DNA of 41,322 nt from Paraglomus brasilianum (taxonomy: Eukaryota): contig CAJVPI010000222.1 of NCBI GenBank assembly GCA_910592345.1, forward strand, positions 1 to 41,322, written 5' to 3'. The notes under the pieces are model-generated. The model made no database searches, was not told where the DNA came from, and saw nothing but the letters and a program-made list of their open reading frames with translations. This document shows positions 15,543 through 29,318 of this stretch, in pieces. The position numbers were made by a program, and so were the translations under genes. Within the stretch, counting starts at the first letter, position 1, and each line of letters begins with the position of its first letter.

Positions 15543-18500
15543 GGCTTTCAGTTAATTCGTTATGCTGTTGCTTGTTTGAAAAAGAAGAGTGCTTCAGAAT
15601 GTTAAATTCTTTTGCCTTTGGGCGTTGAAATTAACGAAACAAAGGCTGAGAGGGACGTTTTGCTACAATATGAAAGAATATAGGCGATATTGCGAAACAA
15701 GGCAAGCAAGTTTTTTGCATTTGCATGCAAATATTATTAAACCAGCCGCGTGTTCGGGGCCCAATCATAGAATGCATACCAGTAACCAATTGTGCAGGTC
15801 AAAAATGCATGTTGATGTAACGATTGTTGCATTGTGCGGTAGTAAATAGAACTTCGTTGGCCTCCCTTTACTGCGGCGACGATTAGTTTGTATTTTTTTA
15901 GCAGTCGATTTACTATTTGATTTGCATATGGTTGGTAGTCAGCTTAGTATTAATTAGGAATAGAGAATTATCATAATAACATAATAACAATAATTGCAAT
16001 ATTAATGATGCTAACTCAGTATGTACATTCAATACTAGTAAATTACTGATAAAAGACATATATAATGTCATATGCACCACACATCACCTTATGTTTGCCG
16101 TAGCACAATTCCAGTACGATATTTCGTATTACTATCAGGTAATTTAAGATTACAGGGTCATATTAATATTAATGTAAAGATAAGAGATCTGGGCTGATGC
16201 GCTTTCGAATGCCTGCAGGATTGGAATAGATGACTTTGAGGCTTTCTGACAATCAAAAGAATAAAATTACATTTATTTCGAGAGTATGGCAGGAGATAAC
16301 CACACGACAACAACGACATCCATAAAATCCAGCATTGAGTAAAAGTGAAAGCACCTGCTACAGTTCTAATGAGTTTGTCTAGCGGAGGGTTTGTATAATA
16401 ATAATGGATTAGTCAATCACATGTTATCGAACAGTATGATAGCCATGGCATACAGGCTTTTCTTGCTGTCAAAGTGTTTTATATAAGATTTCCGAATTCG
16501 CGGCATCTCTCTGGTTGGATTGAAGAAACGTGTCTAATAAGCAATATATTGTACATAGAAGAGTGAACAGTACGTTAGTAGCAAAATTTTTGACTATATA
16601 ATTTGTCAATGTTTACAACTGTAATGCAGGTTCATCTTTATTGGCGTAATGCTCTTCCACAATGCAGACGTGTAATTGCCGGAAAAAGAAAGTCGAAAAA
16701 AAAAACCAACTGATCCTGCAATGCAGCAAGCTGAGCCCTTAGCTCATGCGAAAAGTTCTGTGAAACTATGCTGGAATATTTAGGTCTGAATGCAGTCTTT
16801 GATATCTACACGAAAGGGGAAAAAAAGCATGTTGTTTTTGTTGGACAATAATCATTGCATCGCCGCAAACTTTAATTAAAAGCTGGAATGTACAAGTGAA
16901 CGAAATGCTACTCCATTATTAATCGTAAATACTGTTAGTACTAATGTATGTTTCATTTGTTAAAAGCCTACATTGATGCATGCAGACAGCAAACTGATTG
17001 ATATCTCTGAAGCAATAAAGACGTCATAAGCCTGGGGTAAGGTTTCAAGCACAAAAAATTTTCTTTTCTGCAAACGTGTTGTGATGCTACTATACTAAGG
17101 TAATATGAATAGTAATACGAGCTCGTAAAGAAATATTCATGTGAAGTAATTAGAAATCAGATGTTCTTTCATAAGATCTGCTCAAAGAAACAAACCAAAT
17201 TGGCCTAATTACGGGCTCAATTAGTTCGTCCTTTTTTGCAAGTCAAAATGTTTAGCGCTAACAATTTATTAATATATTGATATTAAATAAATTGAAACTA
17301 TTAAGAAGAAAAGACCTGAATCATGCGCTAATTATTTATCCACTCAGCATTAATAAAAAATGTAGATTGATAGAGTCGACCCTTTGTAACAGCTGATGTA
17401 AACGACCAAAATGCAGAAAGATATCACTGCATTAAATCTTTGAATCAAGTCTACTGCTTTCTTTATCATTATCTTATCAAGAGCAGATTTTTACCAAGTT
17501 ATTCAGCTGAGACATCGAACAAATACAGCAAGATTGTCGTTGTTGTATGCAGGTGTGGATCCGGGTGGATAAAAACTTTATTGACGGACGTAGTTGTAAA
17601 GACAAGTGTGTTAGGTTAGAAGATCGTAAGTCTGGTAGTCTCTCAACGTTAATTGAATACAAGCTTTGCTATTACCGTTAGAACAGTAGCAATTGAATCA
17701 TTCTACAAACAAAAAACTTAACAAAGATTCCTTATAACAAAGAACGAATTTATCTATTTTATATAAAAGATAGTTCACTTCCAGGCTAATGATTACTGCT
17801 AAACCTTTGATTACATCGTGTGTTTAATGACCATGGCAAACAACAACTTTAAACAATAAAATATGATGTACAGCATCTTAAGTACTATTAATACCAATTC
17901 TCAGAATTTGTCTTAAGGCAATGATTCTCCATCCGTGGGCCTTCAATTCCTTCCGATAGTAATCTTGAACCTTACTGCATACCTTTCACATTATTTGTAT
18001 AATTGGATGCATCTTAAACATGTTAACACTAGCAGAGGGCGTGAGTAAAGATGTTTTGCATAGCGTTGCATTCTTACTCCGTTACTCCATTCCTATATTG
18101 TCTTGGAGCAAATTCTCTAACGTCTCGGCTTAACATAGCGTGAAGCATAAGAGTCCTTTTTCAGTGCAAGAACACATTAGCGTTTTTTCATGTGTAACTA
18201 ATAAATGAACGCCAAACTCCACGTTGGCTAAGATACATTAATCAACCTAATACAATGTTATCCATACTGAGAGGTTTCTCAGCGACGGTTAGGTAGGTGG
18301 TTGGTACAACCTCGTAAATATTGCGAGTATCACGTATTAAGCATCGAATGAATTTATTGCTAATACTTAATCGTAATAAACTGTGTTCTATTGTCAACGA
18401 TCTTAATCAAAAAAATTAACGCGAATGGCGGTCAAATTGAATTGGATAACGTTCCAAATCAATTATTATTATAATCGGCGGTACCTGTAATAACTTCGCA

Positions 18501-19732
18501 AAAACTATACTGTATACCAGAAAAGCCATCAACGTTAGTAACAAGTCGTTCAACTACAAACTGCAAACAAGTAACGTCTGCTGCATTGGGTGTGTTGGGT
18601 TTGCACCATTATGCCAATATTAGTTAGTTTGTAAAACATCGGAAGGTGCAACTGTTTATTTCTAATTATGTGAATGATTTAGCTCATAGCACAAAGCGTG
18701 GATGAGATCGCGCCTCAAGGACACAAAATACCTTGTGACAGGGACCAAATAAGCCATGCTAGCTTAATATTCATATCAATACAACACTACCATATTAAGC
18801 CAATCTATTGTTTATTCTTCACTACTAGGAGCCGGTAAAAGACTGTCGACACTTTCTCTAAACACTCCATAATAGTCTCTGAACTCTGCTATTAAATTGT
18901 TAGACGACGCAATTTCTGCCATTAAGTGTGAGCAAGGATTTTCGCATTAGTATACAATATACCCTTTGTTGCATAACTTATAATGGTCGACTCCCACACT
19001 AGTTAAATTAAAAATTTTATGACGAAAGAACCAAATTACCATTTAACAAGAGGCGCGGTTGAAATGCATTGCTTTGGGGATGGGGAAAAAGCTGATGCAA
19101 GCTTGTTATCTACAAAGAACGAACGATCGAATAATAATGCGATGAAGAAATTAGTGTTAACGCCAGCGTCAAAGAGATTGCACCGGAGTGAAATAAGATT
19201 ATACTCATCAGTGCAGCACTCTATTGTATTGCCTGTACCAACTAGAACTTTTGCACACTGTTTGGCAAGACTAAAGCTCATAGACTATATTACTGCTTGC
19301 TTATGACGACTGCTAAAGCCAAAAGAAACACCTTAAAATGGTGTTCAGCATCGTGTGTCTAACAATAATAAAGAACGCGCGGCCTTTAAAAGCCGTCCAA
19401 CCCTCAATCTTTTTCTTGGATAATAATATTGCTGACTTCACTCGATCTTAATTTGCATCTTAAAAGTAAGAGTCTTAGTTAATTAATATTAGAACGAACT
19501 GTGGCACTGTGTCGTCAAGAGATCTGGGTGTTCCAAGAACACATATTGTGATGTCTTTTATTGTGCTTTACCTTGTTGCGGAACCAATATTAAGGCTATA
19601 CCAGTCATTTGACGTCTATCAGCTTGTAATTATAATGTTCCTTCCTCTTCCTCTTCCTCTAAACTCCCCCTCCTGAAGGATCGTGCATCTATTTGTCATA
19701 CTTTTAATCTTGAGATCCAAACTACACACGGT

Positions 19733-21253
19733 TTATGGTTCTTTGCAAGCTATTGCTCCCCTCGCTTCCGCTTGCTGATTTAATATTATCTTGATACGTA
19801 TGAATTCGGCATTCGCTGGATCGTCCGCATTTCCAGATGGCTCCATATATATGTCTAGTATAGCATGACAGATCTCTGTTGCAAATACAATAGAAGACGA
19901 ATGCTGAAATCAATATCCATCCAAGATCAAAAATCGACATCTCTTCTCTTCCTCCCTCCCCTCTCCTCCCACCTCCCAATAAATTACGCACCTTCGATAT
20001 CATCTGCTTTACAACAAAAAAGCTTGGTCCACTTCATTCCATCCGCCATTATTGGTGGAAAGTCCATGTGCAATAGTTTTGCTGCTAGCCACAAAGACGC
20101 TGCGGCCATCACATGCGCAGGAAATCGTAAACATGCCGTTGTCTTGTAGGCGTCATTTACAATTGCCCATGCTTTACGTGCCAACGTTTTGTCACCTAGC
20201 GTGCGATGCACAACAAAAAAAAAAGTTAGACTCTTGGATGTGCAACAAAGCTCATTATACATATACCCACTCTTTATTCATGCATACTACATTACAATGA
20301 TGATTACCGACCTCCTAATCTCTTAATAAACTTCACAAGGAACTTGTGTGGTTGCTGTATTCGGAAATCAAAGCGAATATTTTCCAACACCAGTCGCTCG
20401 TATCCGATGATTCTACGACGTTGCTCTTCAAGGGTCTAAGTGTGCAGTACGTTATTGGTAAATACATTGAGCACGTGACAAGTACAAGCCGATGAGATGA
20501 GTGTGTCGCTCTACCTGTCCGTCTGGATTGATATCTGGTCCTAGGGGATGGCGGACATTATATGCTGCAACCAGTATATCTTTGAGTTTTTTGTAGGTCT
20601 CCTCTATCTTTGATGCGACGAATACGCACGTCGTGCTTATATCCTTTAGTTTATAATAATGCAAATCGAGTAGTTTATGGAGGAATAAGGAATGATTTAA
20701 TAAGATATAGGCATATAATGAGAATACAACGTTACGAAGCATTGAGGTGATAGATCTTTACATTTGACGGATACTCTTTTAATGGATGGAACAAGTAAAA
20801 TCGATGATATAGCATCATTGCTGTAGTTATCGTATTCTGAGGGCTGTGATAGGAAATAGGGGCGGCATGTATATACGACATAGTCCAGCGGGCATAGTAA
20901 CAATAATGTATTGTATCATTAAGAGTTTAGTGTATATGGAATGGTCACAATTTAAAACGACTGAACAGTGATCCTAGTGCTTAAAATACAAAACCCATTT
21001 ATTCCTCAAAGTTGCCTACATACAACCCAAGTTTCTCTCCCATGGCCCTAATAAAATTACAAGACTGTATTCTGATCACGGCCTCTTTGGTCTTTGGAAT
21101 ACTCCCACGCGATAATGCCATGTAATATTCTGTTTCGTTACGTGAGAAGTAGGGACGGTTTAATAAGCAGTCAGAGTCTGGTGTGATGTTGTCTGGTGAG
21201 GCTGCTGAAGAGGGAGTCGTGTTGAGAGGTGATGTCGCTTCTGTTGGGTACAT
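19733..21253 (-). CDS. Transcriptional cyclin, cyclin K/Ctk2(Lsc1)-like, ~303 aa
   Basis: Exons 21253..21024, 20843..20762, 20643..20515, 20435..20312, 20195..19992, 19875..19733, all in frame. Cyclin-box motifs LGFPQNTITTAMMLYHRFY, CVFVASKIEETYKKLKDI, ERLVLENIRFDF..QPH, AWAIVNDAYKT. Confidence 0.9.
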
Positions 21254-21882
21254 TTTTGATAAAACAGTGACTAAAACCGAAAGTCTCTAATATATAGTGT
21301 TGAGTGTTAGGCTTTTTGCGAGTATAACTTAAGAAAGGGAAACTCTGTTCTCTATTTAGCGTGTGGGTGGTGTGAAATACGATTGGATGGGCACACAAAA
21401 CTCTATTAAATACAATAATCATGTGATCGAAAAAAAAATTCGGTTTAATATATTTCATATATATTAATATATATATTTTTTTACAATTTACAGTTGTAGC
21501 AATCATCGTATGTATTTGTATAGTCATTCAACCAATTCCAATTTACATCATCGGAATGATATACGCGAAATCGACAAAGTATTTTTAATTCCTGTGATAA
21601 GCGCAATCGAAAGACATATAGAATCAAAATTAAACAAAAGAAAATTATATATAAAGTATATGCAAAGTTGTACAAAAAAGAAGTATGGAGGCAAGTATTT
21701 TTTGTATAGATTTGAATCTTTGGAAGGAGATGCAGGTATGAACGGAGGGAAAGAGACGGAGAGGGAACTTATAACAAAAATCAAATAAACTTCATCGTAT
21801 GCTTCTGAGAAGATAACTTTGTGCTTTTTTTTGTTGTTATATATCTATCTCTAAGTAAGCACAACCTCAACCGGAGAGGAAG

Positions 21883-21927
21883 GGGGAAAGAAGGGGAAGA
21901 GGGGAAAGAGGGGAAAGAGGGGAAAGA
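21883..21927. repeat. 9-bp purine tandem repeat (GGGGAAAGA)x5
   Basis: Read directly; lies in the probable 3'UTR of the Ndt80-like gene. Confidence 0.85.
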
Positions 21928-22480
21928 AAAAATAATAAACCAATTTTATCAAACTCTAAAACCTGTATACAATTTTTAAAAGAGCCACAACAAGGGAAGG
22001 GTAGTGAGAATAACTATCACTTCGTACTTTCAAATTAGAATCAAAGACGAAGGATATCTCTCCTCCCACCCAGGAAAATAATATGGTTGACATCATAGTG
22101 TCAAGACCAGATGATTTATGTTATGTATATAAAATATAATTCTTAACACCTTAAAAGGTGATAAAAAAGAATAAGCACGTTAATTGATTCTCACTTTTAA
22201 AAGCAAGAAAAGAGAAAGAAAAAAGAATGGACATCAGTATTCACAGAGATAATGTATTATCATCTCTCATCAACCCTACAAATTATCTCTGACTTTCACT
22301 CACTCACTCACTCACTCACATAAAAAAAGCCAAACAAAAAACCCCCCAAACTTAAACTCTCGTTTTATATTCTTTACACAAACATCGGCTTCATCCATCG
22401 GTTTCACTTCGGTTTCGTCACTCATTTCCCATCCGACGTATATATTATATATTTATATACACATTCTTTTACTTTTATCT

Positions 22481-25400
22481 TCACGTTCTCATCTGACCAA
22501 TGCCCTTTCCGATTTCTGAAGTTGGTGTTGTTGTAGAACTATTGGATGATTGAGGTGAACTGCACGAGTTGTTATTATTAGCGTTAGTAACCAATTTTGA
22601 ATCTGTGTGTGGACTGGTTGATGCATGTTCGCTTCCCGTCGACGTTGATGTGTCTCTACGTGCTTGCTGGGAGGGCGATACCCGACCGTTTGCTTGATAC
22701 CCATTTTGATTTTCGGGATGGTATCCGGGGTGATGTGCTGGTGGTGCGTTATTTGGAGGATGGTTGTGGTACATTTGATGATAGCCTTCGTTATCTTAAT
22801 GTGAATGTGGATGGGAGGGGGTGAGGGTGAGGGTAGGGTGAGGGAGATACGGAGAGGGAGAGGAATACGGAGAGGGGGAGAGGAAAGGTTGGGAAAGGTT
22901 AGTAATAAACATAAAGACAGTATCAGGGCGAATCAGTGGGCGAAAAAGACAAGGTCAGTGAACAATCAAAAAGCAATCGACGATAAATTATCTCTGTTGC
23001 GGAAGGGTGTCATATACGTGCATACCGGTTGTCTGCACTTGACGTGACTCAAACGACGTGAATGCCGAGTGAGGAGATGAGGTTCCGGCGACTAGGGAAG
23101 ATTTGGAGATAAAATGATATTAATATAAACACGATTGGAGCATAAGAGTGAATTAAAAATCAATGACCAACAATTTATTAATATTATATGGATATTAATA
23201 TAAAAAAAATATTGATGTTTGTTATATGGCTACCAATATTAATATGCATTTTACCAGTACACTTAATTACTTCTGCTATAATATTTACATTTCTATTGCT
23301 AATGCTACTTACTATTATTGCATCTATTATCTCTCTTTTCCATTGACTATAACCAACTCTCTATCCCAAATACCAATATCTTATACATTGTATGCAAAAT
23401 GCATATATGTCAATTCCTATCTTGTCCTTATTTCCGTAAACCTATTACAATCGACTTATTACATAAACTTTTTTTCAAAAAATCTTCATTCGCCTCAATA
23501 ACTACTACACACTTTCCAATCATCCCTAACTCTACGTTTTGACTTTTCCCAATTCAAAACATCCACCTATTCACTTGCTCGAGCCTCACCTTCGATGTTA
23601 TGCATATCGAGTCCAACTTGCTGAGAGTGATGTCCGTGATGAGGCGGCATCTTTTGGTCGTGTCCGTTCACAAGCGAATTCGGGTCTATATTGGGGTTGT
23701 TATACATGTCAGGGGCATTGGATTCAGGTTGAGAAACTTCAGAGATACTCGGGACCATGTATGGTTGATGGGGATGTTGAGGGTGGAAGGAAGGATTTGG
23801 GGGATTTTGTGGGCTGGTAGTCATTATGAGAGATAGTGCATCGTTGCGCATTGGAGGATTTACGGGTGGAAAGCCACTGTATGGCGGATACTGACCGTAC
23901 GGCGGGAATGGACCTCCACCAAAGTCACCAGACATCACACCCGGTGCTCCATTGGGTCCTTGAGGATGGGGAAACGTAAGATGACGATCGTTCGAGAAGG
24001 CAGGATTAATGGCCATTGGATTGTATCGATCGTGGTGGTTGTCGGCATAATGTCCCGGACTACGACCGCGAACGACCAGAGGTGCTGAAGTGGACGTGGC
24101 AATTCTAATGAGCTCGCCGCCATTTTCGGGTTGAGCATACAAGTCGACCAGAACGACGTAATATTGCTGTGCGGCACGACGCTTGCCATTGTTAGCGGTA
24201 GCCGTCTTGAACTGAATACGCTCAAAAGTGACGATATTCGAATTGGAACCGACGGAGCTGAGACTGAGGTTACCGCCTGGACGAATTGGTTTGGGAGTGG
24301 GAACGCTCTGGGGGCCCTTGTCACGCTTGGGAGTGTGTTGGACCAGTTCGATTTTCTTGTCACTGTTGGACACGCGAGCTGTGATACCAAGAAGGAATTG
24401 GGTGCAAGTATGGAATTGGTTGTCGACTTCTACTAGACATGGCGTCTCTGCCTCGTTGACTGTATGGCCGGTCGAAGTAGTAATGGTAAAGGCACTGCTT
24501 ATTTGGAAATAATTTCTTCGATAGCAGGTCCAATCGTTATCGGCCAAGAAGAATCCACGGTCGACCTTTGACTTGATCGTGAGTTTGTAACTAGTGGAAA
24601 GAAAAAGAGCGGATGAGTAATTAGAGTTTGTGTATGGTCGTATTCAATGCTCTACCATAACGGGAAAAATATATACCTTGTAGTCCTGTCCATGCTGTAA
24701 ACATTATTGTGTTGCTTTGTTTGGGAAAAGAAGGGGCTTCCATCAACGGGGAAACCGAGAACGTCGGCTCTTCTCTTTCTGACCGCGCCACCTTGGAAGG
24801 AGGTATGGAAAGACGTAAAGGCAGGTCGGTTATCAATTACTTTACGGTCTTGAGAGGGAGCGCCAGGAGTTGACTGAGCACTCGGAGAACCGTTCGTTTG
24901 ACGTGAAGCGTTTGGGGTATTGGGAGTTGACATAGAGACGAAACCGCTGTTGTGAAGAAGAGGGGAAAAAAAAAAGAGATGAGCATTGTTGTATCAGAGA
25001 TGGTGCGAGCAGGCAAGTGAAAAGAGAAGAGGGAAGAGGGAAGAGGGAAGAGGGAAGGGAGAAGGGGGGAAGGGTGGCTAAACAGAAAGACAACAGTTGT
25101 ATACTAGAGTGGGGGGGTGGTAGTGGGTAGTAGTTGTTTACCAGTGTGGTGGATATAATTGTGCCCTTGTTGTAGTTTGTCGTTGTGTTGACGAACGAAA
25201 CGGGGCAGCACAAAAAGGCGGCTATATATAACATTCGAGAGGAAGAAAAAAGAGAAGCATAATAGAGAAAATACTAACCCTTGGAATTGCGATTGACGAG
25301 GTGCTGCATCCATTTCTTGTTTAGGAGGCAGGTACATGTGGTTACCTTCGTGGACAGGCCTAAGGACGCAATAGTGTAATGTGAGATGGGTTGTGGTCCA

Positions 25401-25773
25401 AGGCAGAGAGGTACAAGAGTGTAAAAAGAAGTTGGGACCAAAAAATAAAAAAAAAGTGGGAATACTAGGTCATATTATGTGTAATGTAACACGCGCGCAA
25501 ACGAGAGCACACTTGCATATGGTAAACCAGTTTTGTAAGGAACACAAAAACGCGTTTACTATGCTCGTTGAAGATATTGTTGGGTTGTGTTCAGGTTAGT
25601 AGAGTTTATGCTTACATTTGTTGTTGGTGCATCTGTTGTTGTGAAGTTGTTTCGTACGGGTAAGTAGGCATGAAGTTATTTTCGTTGGACATTGTAGTGT
25701 TCATTTGAGAGTGGGGATGTTGAGTAGAAGGTTGGTGTTGGTGTACGCTCCACTTTTCTTCAGAAATGCTCAT
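22481..25773 (-). CDS. Ndt80/PhoG-family (p53-like Ig-fold) transcription factor, ~629 aa
   Basis: Exons 25773..25616, 25359..25279, 24946..24677, 24590..23590, 23091..23026, 22794..22481, phase-compatible. Domain motifs VDRGFFLADNDWTCYRRNYFQ, LVQHTPKRDKGP, FERIQFKTATANNGKRRAAQQYY, VVRGRSPGHY. The terminal exons are inferred from splice signals only. Confidence 0.92.
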
Positions 25774-26745
25774 ACCAAGGCCAATGCCTCTGTGTAGTTT
25801 TTCAACGGTGCAAAGGAGTCGAGGTTAGCGAGATATAAGACAAGACGGGATAGTAGAAGAAGAAGGGTAAGGTTTTGAAAACGGAAAAAGGCGTGATTTT
25901 TTTTTTACGTTTTTGATGGTTCTTATATTATTACGAAATTAGGATATGGGGGAGGGGGGTGTGCGGATAAATTGAAAGTAGTAGTGTGGTAGTAGTAAAG
26001 TAGTGTAGTGTCGGGTATGGGTATTGGTAGTTGGTAGTTGGTAGTGGCGGTAGCAGTGGTGGTAGTAGTAGTAAAGTAGTAATAATAGTAATAGTAGTAA
26101 TATTGTATTGTAATGTAATGTATATCACAGCATACTCTGTATTCGATATTATCCCAGGGTAAAAGGAAAGAGGGATTGTAGAATATTTAGTAACTCACGT
26201 TAGTTTTGCCTATAGTCTTTTTGTCGGCTTGTCGAGAAAGACGTGTTCAATGTTACTCTCACTTTTTTTGCTCAATGAGGGGGACGCTTTGTATTTTTAT
26301 GAGCATGGCCGGGATAAAAAGCAGGATATACATAAATTATATTAAGTTACTGTAAACATAATATATTTTGATTCTTATATTGCAGTTGGCGAGCCCATGT
26401 CCTTGTGCCACGCAAGATACCTGTTCTGAGCTTGATTTGCAAATTGAGAATATTAAAATCCACCAATCATCTAGAACGACGTTTTAACTGGCCAGACGTA
26501 TGAGGTCCCCCAACAAACCAGTTTTAGAAGAAAGAGTTGTATGTCACCTTTGTACTTCTACTTGCCTGTTCAGGAATGGTGACACTGACAACTATTATCA
26601 ATATAACCGTATATTTAATCGGCGTATGAAATTAATTAAATTATGAATAGATAATACTAATACTAATAATACTAATAATAAATAATAATTATTGTTATTA
26701 TAGCGGTTATAATATCGGTTATAATATCGGTTATATAAATTATTC

Positions 26746-26884
26746 AGTTATATATCCCATCAGTTGTAGCAGTTGTATATCCCAGTAGTTGTATATCCCA
26801 TCAGTTGTATATCCCAGCAGTTGTATATCCCATCAGTTGTATATCCCAGTAGTTGTATATCCCAGCAGTTATATAGTCCCATTC
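26746..26884. repeat. 16-bp minisatellite AGTTGTATATCCCA(GT/TC/GC)
   Basis: Six units with an invariant 14-bp core at 26771-26866 plus degenerate flanking units; preceded by (CGGTTATAATAT)x2+ at 26704-26735. Confidence 0.95.
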
Positions 26885-28322
26885 GGTTATACATACAATT
26901 CGTAATTCTTGTATACTAACATTGTTATTATTAACCGTTGCATAGTTTTTATGGAGGGGTATTTTTAAAAAGCATTCATTTTGTGTAATGTTGATTCTAA
27001 TATTCCTTTATTCTTTTTAGTGGCCAATCATCCGTTCTTCGTATATTGATATCCCAGTAAGTGTCATTGAACTGGTATTACCAAAATACTCGATTGTTCT
27101 CATCCAATCGTCAACTACCCTTTCCTTCACCCCTCCCTTCCCCTCTCCAACAACCGACGCAGGTTTTTTCTACATGAGCATAAATGCATTACAATGTCTC
27201 GGGATAACAATAAATAAAGATAACAACAAACAAGTTAATTCGATTCGATTTCAATTCCAGTGGCGCCTTTGATTACTATATCTTATGCTGCTATTTGTTA
27301 TTTACCCCCCTTTCCTGTTATGTCTCCATCCAATACTCTCAATTTATAATTGTAATTAATTTAATATGGTTCTTGATTGCGATCGGTTACTGACAAATTC
27401 GTCGAGTATTTATAATTCGCCTACATTCTCATTAATTATCTCAAATTAGCGCTAAACAGAGCAAACTAAGCTTGATAACTACTGCTACCCGCTCATTATC
27501 CTTTTCATTTGATGTTACAAACACTACCCAAAGTTCTAGAAGTTAATTATTATAAAGTTATGAATCGTCAAACAAATGGTCACACAATAGCGAACAGATG
27601 TATGTATTTAGATTGTTTAAATTTCTTATAATAAACGAACCAGTTGCTTATCAAACAAAATGCAGTAGATTAACAATTAGCAATAGTGAAACAAAAAGTA
27701 ATCAAGTCAACCATATATGGTCGCCAACTCGGAAATATCCGGGCGGAAACGGAGACGATGCGGAAGAAAAGGGGGAAATTTATGAAAGAAAAAAAAAAAA
27801 AAAAGAGAGAGGAGAGAGGGGAGAGAGAGATGGAATATAGAGATAGAGAAAGATGGAAAAAAATTAAAGTTAAATTAAATTGAAAATCGTAGACAATGAA
27901 TAATTTGGGTGGTGCGAGTGCGAGTGTGTGCGAGTGTGAGTGTGAGTGTGTGTGTGTATTGTCGAACATACTGACATTAGCTTTTGTGTCTGCATCGGCG
28001 TATATTCTTATTTCTCTAAATATTTCAATCTTACCAAAGTAGTATTATTACACCAAGTTATCTATATTTAACTTTTGTTGTTACGTAGCTTAATTTTTGA
28101 TGTGCGATTGGACTGGAGGAAAGGGAGGAAAGGAAAAAGGAAAAAAAAGGGGGGGGGGGATGCAATACACTTGTCAGTTGTTCTCATTGTTGTCGATGAA
28201 CTTGCGCAGTAGAAATGATGCATTCGTTTTATCTCTCGCTTCAAATTTGGAATAATATATCCTAAACCAGTTATTTACTTGTTCCCCTATCTGCCGTCCG
28301 CAAACATCTGCATATGAGATAA

Positions 28323-28367
28323 TCGATATGCTCGATATGCTCGATATACTCGATATACTCGATATAC
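28323..28367. repeat. 9-bp tandem repeat TCGATAT(G/A)C x5
   Basis: 2x TCGATATGC then 3x TCGATATAC. Confidence 0.95.
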
Positions 28368-29100
28368 TAGAATTCTAGATGTACTAGATTTCTCTAACCC
28401 CCATCTTATGTCCAAGTTTCAATGCATGGATACATACACGTCTTGTGATACCGTTCTTTCTACCACCCACCCACCTATCCGTCTGCCTTACCTACCTACC
28501 ATCTACGTTTTACGTTTGTAACTTTGTCATATTACACAGAAATGTAACCCTATACCCGATCTAGTTAGCGACTTTTTTGTCACCTTTTTGCACTTTAAAC
28601 AATCGGGCGTTTTCGCGGAACCGACAGAGAAAAAGCATCATACACAATACTAATTTATATTACGATTGTATCGTCCATTTCAAAAGAATATCTTTCATAT
28701 TGTTGGTTGCGCATTCCAGCCCACGAGAACTTCTGTGCTTGGCTAATATGCGGGTTGATGACATAAGTTCTCATCCTACATCCTACAGCTGGCATTCTCC
28801 TTTATTTTTGGAATTTGGTGAGAGAATGGGCGGACACAGATGGACGAACGGACGCTGGACAAGGATGAGATGGCGCATAAGACATATAACATATTGAAAA
28901 AGTTATTCCGTTATGCGTAATATTGTGAATGAATTATTGTGTGTCGTAAACAAGTTTTGCTACCGGTCCGCAATGCGTTATCGATATCAGGAGTAGTATG
29001 GTATAAAAGATTATGCATTGTATAAAAATTAACAGATTGGGCAGTTAAGTAACTGATTGATAAAGCCAACAAGTAATTGTAATAATCATAATAGTAAACT

Positions 29101-29172
29101 CATTTTATCCATTTTATCCATTTTATTCATTTTATTCATTTTATTCATTTCATTCATTTCATTCATCTTATT
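29101..29172. repeat. 9-bp tandem repeat CATTTTAT(C/T) x8
   Basis: 2x CATTTTATC, 3x CATTTTATT, 2x CATTTCATT, 1x CATCTTATT. Confidence 0.9.
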
Positions 29173-29283
29173 CAATTCCCTATCAGCTGTTATCCCGCCC
29201 CAATGATGCTTTTGCTTCTTCTTCTTCCTTTTTTTTCTTTGCTTTTGCTTTTCCTGTATTTTTTTTTCTCTTTTTGCTATTGT

Positions 29284-29318
<35 letters not shown>

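Noticed and set aside
18224..18235. TTGGCTAAGAT matching part of U2 snRNA
   Set aside because: No flanking U2 sequence (no GTAGTA branch-pairing region).
17860..18270. Minus-strand short frames with splice-like signals (e.g. VQDYYRKELKAHGWR)
   Set aside because: Could not be assembled into a gene or assigned to a family.
19019..19306. Overlapping 95-aa and 81-aa ORFs on opposite strands
   Set aside because: No recognisable motif or splice context; the EKADAS similarity to Uma2-like nucleases is too weak.
22330..22425. Coding-looking MSDETEVKPMDEADV frame downstream of the Ndt80-like stop
   Set aside because: No usable acceptor or read-through (TGA AGA TAA); treated as 3'UTR.
26746..26884. 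CRISPR-like repeat array
   Set aside because: Repeats are separated by 2 nt, not unique spacers; eukaryotic context; no cas genes.
27982..27990. GACACAAAA (Ndt80 MSE-like) site suggesting autoregulation; other CACAAAA hits nearby
   Set aside because: Similar hits occur throughout the window (e.g. 18720, 599); the density looks like chance for AT-rich DNA.
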